In this document: positions 57,132-61,010 of the stretch, in pieces | Numbering within the stretch: position 1 is the stretch's first letter | Layout of the letters: every line of letters begins with the position of its first letter | IMG/VR virus record: IMGVR_UViG_3300027554_000001 | From: a virus | Length of the DNA stretch: 61,010 nucleotides | Direction: 5' to 3' (one strand) | Notes under the pieces: model-generated | The model's input: the letters and a program-made list of their open reading frames with translations, nothing else | The model's database searches: none | Told to the model about the DNA's origin: nothing | Program-made: the position numbers and the translations under genes

Positions 57132-57934
57132 TTGGCCCGCTGCCGCTGGCCGGCGACGATGATCTGTTTGCCCGGCCCGAAGGCGCGGCCGACACCGTGT
57201 CTGGAGAGTGTCCGCAGCACGGCGGGTACACGGTCGGCTCGATGTGGTTGACGGGCAAGCTGCGCAACGAAGATCCGACGTGTCCACAGTGCTCGACGCT
57301 GGCCACCGAGGCCGGGGAGCGCGCCGAGCGACGCGAACAGGACGAGCGGCGCGCGCGTCTTCGCGAGAAGCGAATCCTGCGCATCGGCATCCCGGCGCGA
57401 GTCCTGAGTGCGAAGCCGTTCGATCCGCCCACGCCGCGAGCGGTGGCGAATCTGGCCGCGATCAAGGCCTACGCCGAGGCGTTCGAGGAGCACATGGGTA
57501 CCGGGGCATCGCTGATCTTGTGCGGCCGGCCCGGCACCGGCAAGACGCACCTTGCCTGTCGCATGGCGCTGTCGCTGTCCGATCGCGGGGCGAGCGTGCT
57601 GTACGCCACTGCCACCGCAATGATGCGCTACGTGCGCGGTGCCTACGGAAAGACGGCCGAGTACACCGAGCTGCAGGCGATCAACCGGTTCGCCGGAGTC
57701 GACCTGCTGGTGCTCGACGAACTGGGGGTAAAGCTGGCGAGCGATCACGATCGGGCGACGCTGTTCGAGATCATCGACGAGCGATACCAAGAACAGCGCC
57801 CGACGGTTGTCATCTCGAACCTGTCGCTCGGCGAGCTGGCGTCGGCGACCGACGAGCGCATGATCGATCGGCTAAGACACAGCGGCACGGCGCTGGTTTT
57901 CGACTGGGATAGCTATCGCGGGTCTTCGTCATGA
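57128..57934 (+). CDS. DnaC/IstB-like AAA+ helicase loader
   Basis: ATGA coupling. N-terminal 'CPQHGGY...CPQC' Zn motif; 'LILCGRPGTGKTHLA' Walker A; 'DLLVLDELG' Walker B. Confidence 0.8.
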   Translation: MIGPLPLAGDDDLFARPEGAADTVSGECPQHGGYTVGSMWLTGKLRNEDPTCPQCSTLATEAGERAERREQDERRARLREKRILRIGIPARVLSAKPFDPPTPRAVANLAAIKAYAEAFEEHMGTGASLILCGRPGTGKTHLACRMALSLSDRGASVLYATATAMMRYVRGAYGKTAEYTELQAINRFAGVDLLVLDELGVKLASDHDRATLFEIIDERYQEQRPTVVISNLSLGELASATDERMIDRLRHSGTALVFDWDSYRGSSS

Positions 57935-58248
57935 CGCCGCTGATCCGAGAGCGACAGGCCCTCGCCGCCCGGCTGGTAGCCGAGAAGCCGAAGCCGTCAT
58001 GCGGGACTCGCAGCACCGAGGCCGATTGTCCGACGCGCGTCGTGATGGCGATCGTCGATGCCCTGATCCGCGACACGAGCCGGTACGAGGCGCGCGTCGC
58101 CCTGGGGGTATCGCTGCGCACGCTCGACGGCTGGCGGCGCGGGCAGACCCGTCCGCTGGGCGTGAATCTGGATACGTTGCTGCGCGTGTCGCGGGCGCGG
58201 CTCGGGTCTGGCCGGGTTCGGGAGTTGATCGGTGGGGTGTTCCCATGA
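57931..58248 (+). CDS. Hypothetical protein, possible HTH (105 aa)
   Basis: ATGA coupling; 'YEARVALGVSLRTLDGWRRG'. Confidence 0.5.
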   Translation: MTPLIRERQALAARLVAEKPKPSCGTRSTEADCPTRVVMAIVDALIRDTSRYEARVALGVSLRTLDGWRRGQTRPLGVNLDTLLRVSRARLGSGRVRELIGGVFP

Positions 58249-58451
58249 AGACCATCAGCCTGCAACCCGTAGCCATCGCTCTGGCAGACCTGCCCTGCGG
58301 CCACACCCGGCGTGAGCTGCTGGCCGCGATTCGCAAGCACGGCACGGCGCCCGAGGCGGACGCGCTGACCGCCGAGACTCGCGCGCAGTACCGCATCCGT
58401 CACATGCCGTGGACGCCCGAGGCGATGGCGGCACGAGGAGAAACGTCATGA
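58245..58451 (+). CDS. Hypothetical protein (68 aa)
   Basis: ATGA coupling; C-terminal part of track ORF 57999..58451. Confidence 0.45.
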   Translation: MKTISLQPVAIALADLPCGHTRRELLAAIRKHGTAPEADALTAETRAQYRIRHMPWTPEAMAARGETS

Positions 58452-59047
58452 CTACCGACTACCGACTCGCCCCGATCGACGCCGCCGTCCTGCTGTCGAT
58501 GTGCGAGTCCAGCACCGAGGACATGGCCGCCACCTTCGCCGATCTGTTCGGCGACCGGCTGAACGGCGATGGCGCGGCACTGCTGGGGAACGTCGTCGCG
58601 CTTGCTCGATCGGTGATCGCGAATCACGACGAGATGATGCGCACGGTCTGTCTGATCGAGGGCGGATCCGAGCGCGATGCGGACATGCTGAACCTACCGA
58701 GCCTGCGCGGCGCGCTGTCCGGCGTGGTGCTGGCCGATGGCGTGGCGGCGACTGCGGTGTGCGATGGCTGCGCGTTCCGCCTGGGCTCGTGCGCGAATCA
58801 GTCCGCGAGCACGACGTCGGACGCCACCGAGCAGATGGTCTACACGCTCGCAGGATCGGATGCGCGATTCTGCTGCCACGAGTGGGATGGCCACGTCGAC
58901 ACGTCGAGCATGACCGTGCAGCTGATGGCCGATCGCGAAGGCGCCGAGGAGGGTGCACCGACGTGCCGAGGGTTCGCGCTGAAATTGCGGCAGGCTCGGG
59001 CGGATGGGGATCACAAGCGGCTGATGGCCGGGCTGGGGGCGTTGTGA
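58448..59047 (+). CDS. Hypothetical protein (199 aa)
   Basis: ATGA coupling; 'CDGCAFRLGSC...FCCHEW' Cys cluster; no family recognised. Confidence 0.55.
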   Translation: MTTDYRLAPIDAAVLLSMCESSTEDMAATFADLFGDRLNGDGAALLGNVVALARSVIANHDEMMRTVCLIEGGSERDADMLNLPSLRGALSGVVLADGVAATAVCDGCAFRLGSCANQSASTTSDATEQMVYTLAGSDARFCCHEWDGHVDTSSMTVQLMADREGAEEGAPTCRGFALKLRQARADGDHKRLMAGLGAL

Positions 59048-59208
59048 GCGCCGTTAAAGCGGGCGTTTGCACGGAGTGCGGCAAGACGGTCGCAGCCGTC
59101 GAGCGTGCGCACCGACTGATCGCCATCGCGCACACCAACGCCCCCGGCATCCGCTGCTCAGGAAGTGGCGGCCCCGTCCATCCAGCGCCGAAAGGAGCGA
59201 AGCCATGA
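59044..59208 (+). CDS. Small Zn-ribbon-like protein (54 aa)
   Basis: GTGA coupling; 'CTECGKTV...CSGSG'; below track cutoff as a separate gene. Confidence 0.4.
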   Translation: MSAVKAGVCTECGKTVAAVERAHRLIAIAHTNAPGIRCSGSGGPVHPAPKGAKP

Positions 59209-59423
59209 TCGCCACGTTGCCGGCGCCTGATCCTGAATTGACAGAGGCGGCCATTCGCCTGTGGCTATCCATGCCGCCTACTACAGTAAAGCCGTCGACA
59301 CTTGCTCGCGGCGCGCGGACTCGCCGATGGGTGTACGCGCAGCTCTGCTTGCTCACGCGCCATGGATTCGTGCGCCGCGTGCCGGGCGGCTTTGTGACGA
59401 ATCAGATGGAGCTGATTCGATGA
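59205..59423 (+). CDS. Hypothetical protein (72 aa)
   Basis: AAAGGAG upstream, ATGA coupling. Confidence 0.45.
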   Translation: MIATLPAPDPELTEAAIRLWLSMPPTTVKPSTLARGARTRRWVYAQLCLLTRHGFVRRVPGGFVTNQMELIR

Positions 59424-59521
59424 CCACCGACACCCACTTTCACCTCGCCACCGCCATCGCCTGGCCGCTCGCCCTCGCCGTGCTGGCTTGGTGCTGGTGG
59501 CCGACAGGAGCACTCGCATGA
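59420..59521 (+). CDS. Very small TM peptide (33 aa)
   Basis: ATGA-coupled at both ends; 'HLATAIAWPLALAVLAWCWW'. Confidence 0.35.
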   Translation: MTTDTHFHLATAIAWPLALAVLAWCWWPTGALA

Positions 59522-59736
59522 CCGACATGACCGAGCTACGCGCCCGCCTGCGCAGCGCCTGCGATCAGCTACAGCGCGCGGACGACATCGCCGTGGGCGC
59601 GCAGGTTGCGGCCAACGACAAGCAGCGCGCCTACGTGCTGGAAGTCGCTTGCGAGGATGCGCGCATCGCGATGAGGCGCATCGAGGGCGTGCTGGCGGAC
59701 TGGCCGGCCGATCAACCCAACGGAGACGACTCATGA
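59518..59736 (+). CDS. Hypothetical coiled-coil protein (72 aa)
   Basis: CAGGAG upstream, ATGA coupling. Confidence 0.5.
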   Translation: MTDMTELRARLRSACDQLQRADDIAVGAQVAANDKQRAYVLEVACEDARIAMRRIEGVLADWPADQPNGDDS

Positions 59737-60743
59737 CCACTGAAATGATCAAGTACCCGAAGATCGGCCAATTCCGTGACGCCGCGCACGAGATCAAGCG
59801 CCGCGCATCGTTTCAAGGGCTGGACGAGGCCGGCGAGCCGATCATGCGCGAGCCGAAACGGCTGCCCGAGCTGACATTCCAGGGCGCCGTGAAGCTGCAC
59901 GGCACCAACGGCGGCGTGGTCTGTCGCCCGGACGGCGCGGTCCACTATCAGTCGCGCAATCGCATCCTGACGCCTACTGATGACAACAACGGCTTCGCAT
60001 CGTTTGCGGCAACCGTCGACTGGTCAGTGATGGCGGCCGAGGCGCGCAGCATGGCTAGCGATCTTGCCGACGACACGGTGGCGATTTACGGCGAGTGGTG
60101 TGGGCGGGGCATCCAGAAAGGCGTCGGGATCAGCGAGCTGCCGAAGCAGTTTTTCATCTTCGGCATTCGCGCTGGCGGCGAGTGGCTAAACCTTCGGCTC
60201 TTCGATACGCCGGACGATCGCGTCCACTTCATCGTGGATTTCCCAACCTTTGAGCTCGTCGTGGATCTCAATGCATCCGAGCGCGACCGCAACCGCATGA
60301 TCGAGATGACTGATCGCGTCGAGGCCGAGTGTCCGGTGGCGAAGGCGTTCGGTGTCAGCGGCATTGGTGAGGGCATCGTGTGGCGCTGCATGGACGATGG
60401 CTACCGGGATATCGCATTCAAGGTCAAGGGCGAGAAGCACAGCAAGGCGAAGGTCCGGACGCTCGCGCCGGCCGATGCGGAGCGCGCCGAGCGACTGCGC
60501 GCGCTGGGCGAATTGCTGATGACCGAAGAGCGGATGAAGCAAGGCATCGATTACTTGGACGAGCACAAGCTGGACGTGTCGCGCCGCAATCTCGGCGCGT
60601 ACCTGAGCTACGTGGTGTCGGACTGCTGCGTGGAGGAAAACCTGACGATCCATGAACAGGGATTCGAGCCGAAAGATGTCAAGCGCCACCTGTCGGATGT
60701 GGCGCGGCGCTGGTTTTTCGAGAGGGAGGCGGCTAGTGCCTGA
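59733..60743 (+). CDS. Rnl2-family (T4 Rnl2-like) ATP-dependent RNA ligase
   Basis: Nucleotidyltransferase motifs in order: 'KLHGTN' (I), 'YGEWCGRGIQKGV' (III-like), 'GEGIVWR' (IV), 'IAFKVKGEKH' (V). The helical C-terminal domain parallels T4 Rnl2 as I remember it. Confidence 0.85.
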   Translation: MTTEMIKYPKIGQFRDAAHEIKRRASFQGLDEAGEPIMREPKRLPELTFQGAVKLHGTNGGVVCRPDGAVHYQSRNRILTPTDDNNGFASFAATVDWSVMAAEARSMASDLADDTVAIYGEWCGRGIQKGVGISELPKQFFIFGIRAGGEWLNLRLFDTPDDRVHFIVDFPTFELVVDLNASERDRNRMIEMTDRVEAECPVAKAFGVSGIGEGIVWRCMDDGYRDIAFKVKGEKHSKAKVRTLAPADAERAERLRALGELLMTEERMKQGIDYLDEHKLDVSRRNLGAYLSYVVSDCCVEENLTIHEQGFEPKDVKRHLSDVARRWFFEREAASA

Positions 60744-61005
60744 CAGCGACGAAATCGACATGCCCGAAACCGATTACATTCGAATCTGGCGATTCCACGA
60801 TGCACCGGCCGACCTGCGCGCCCTGAGCAACAACGGCGGCGACGAGGACTGGCTCGCCGTCATCCCGCCATCGATATTCCACGCCGACGAGGACGACTGG
60901 ATCGGATGGATGGAGGCGGGGCACAGCTTCGGGTGCTGCGACGTGTCGCGCTACGAGCACCCGACGCTCGCCGGGTATCAGGTCCGCATCGGGAGCCACG
61001 CGTGA
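60736..61005 (+). CDS. Conserved hypothetical protein (89 aa; ATG 60760 alternative)
   Basis: GTG overlapping the ligase stop. 'YIRIWRFHDAP...GGDEDWLAVIPP...WIGWMEAGHSFGCCDV'. The 3' end is duplicated at 1..122. Confidence 0.55.
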   Translation: MPDSDEIDMPETDYIRIWRFHDAPADLRALSNNGGDEDWLAVIPPSIFHADEDDWIGWMEAGHSFGCCDVSRYEHPTLAGYQVRIGSHA

Positions 61006-61010
61006 ACGGC
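60884..61010. repeat. Terminal direct repeat copy 2 (= 1..127)
   Basis: 127/127 identity with the first 127 nt. Confidence 0.95.

Overview
The window is one complete, tightly packed, high-GC (mid-60s % by eye, not computed) tailed-phage genome, not a chromosomal segment. Bases 1..127 are identical to 60884..61010, so the contig closes on itself with a unique length of 60,883 bp. A 127-bp overlap looks like an assembler k-mer overlap rather than proven physical ends. I call about 110 CDS and see no tRNA, rRNA or CRISPR. Two divergent transcription units leave an AT-rich, palindrome-rich control region (53285..53445). (1) A leftward early operon runs from 53284 down to 44108. It encodes a hexapeptide-repeat protein, a Lar-like protein, Erf, a YqaJ exonuclease, a DUF3127 SSB-like protein, DUF550, DUF262 and a DUF4326-like protein. 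(2) One very long rightward unit runs through the contig junction (53446 -> 61010/1 -> 44092). In order it carries: a Cro-like HTH, a Crp/Fnr-like regulator, a T5orf172 GIY-YIG protein, an O-like initiator with internal iterons, a DnaC-like loader, an Rnl2-type RNA ligase, two XRE HTH proteins, NinG and a GIY-YIG/RepL-like nuclease; lysis genes (lipoprotein plus a holin-like/M15 peptidase fusion); a first block of receptor-binding-type proteins (LRR fibre, BNR propeller, FN3 proteins); an HNH-like gene, TerS and TerL; a 3-kb accessory island; portal, scaffold, capsid and connector/tail-tube proteins; ejection/internal proteins (Q-rich repeat protein, GNAT, GH16-like); and a second block of tailspikes (beta-helix, beta-propeller). 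There is no tape measure or sheath, so the phage looks podovirus-like. I found no integrase, S24 repressor, DNA polymerase or methyltransferase. Gene starts were refined from the ORF track using 4-nt ATGA/GTGA stop-start overlaps, Shine-Dalgarno motifs and third-position GC. All family names are my recognition of sequence signatures from memory; none was verified by a database search.
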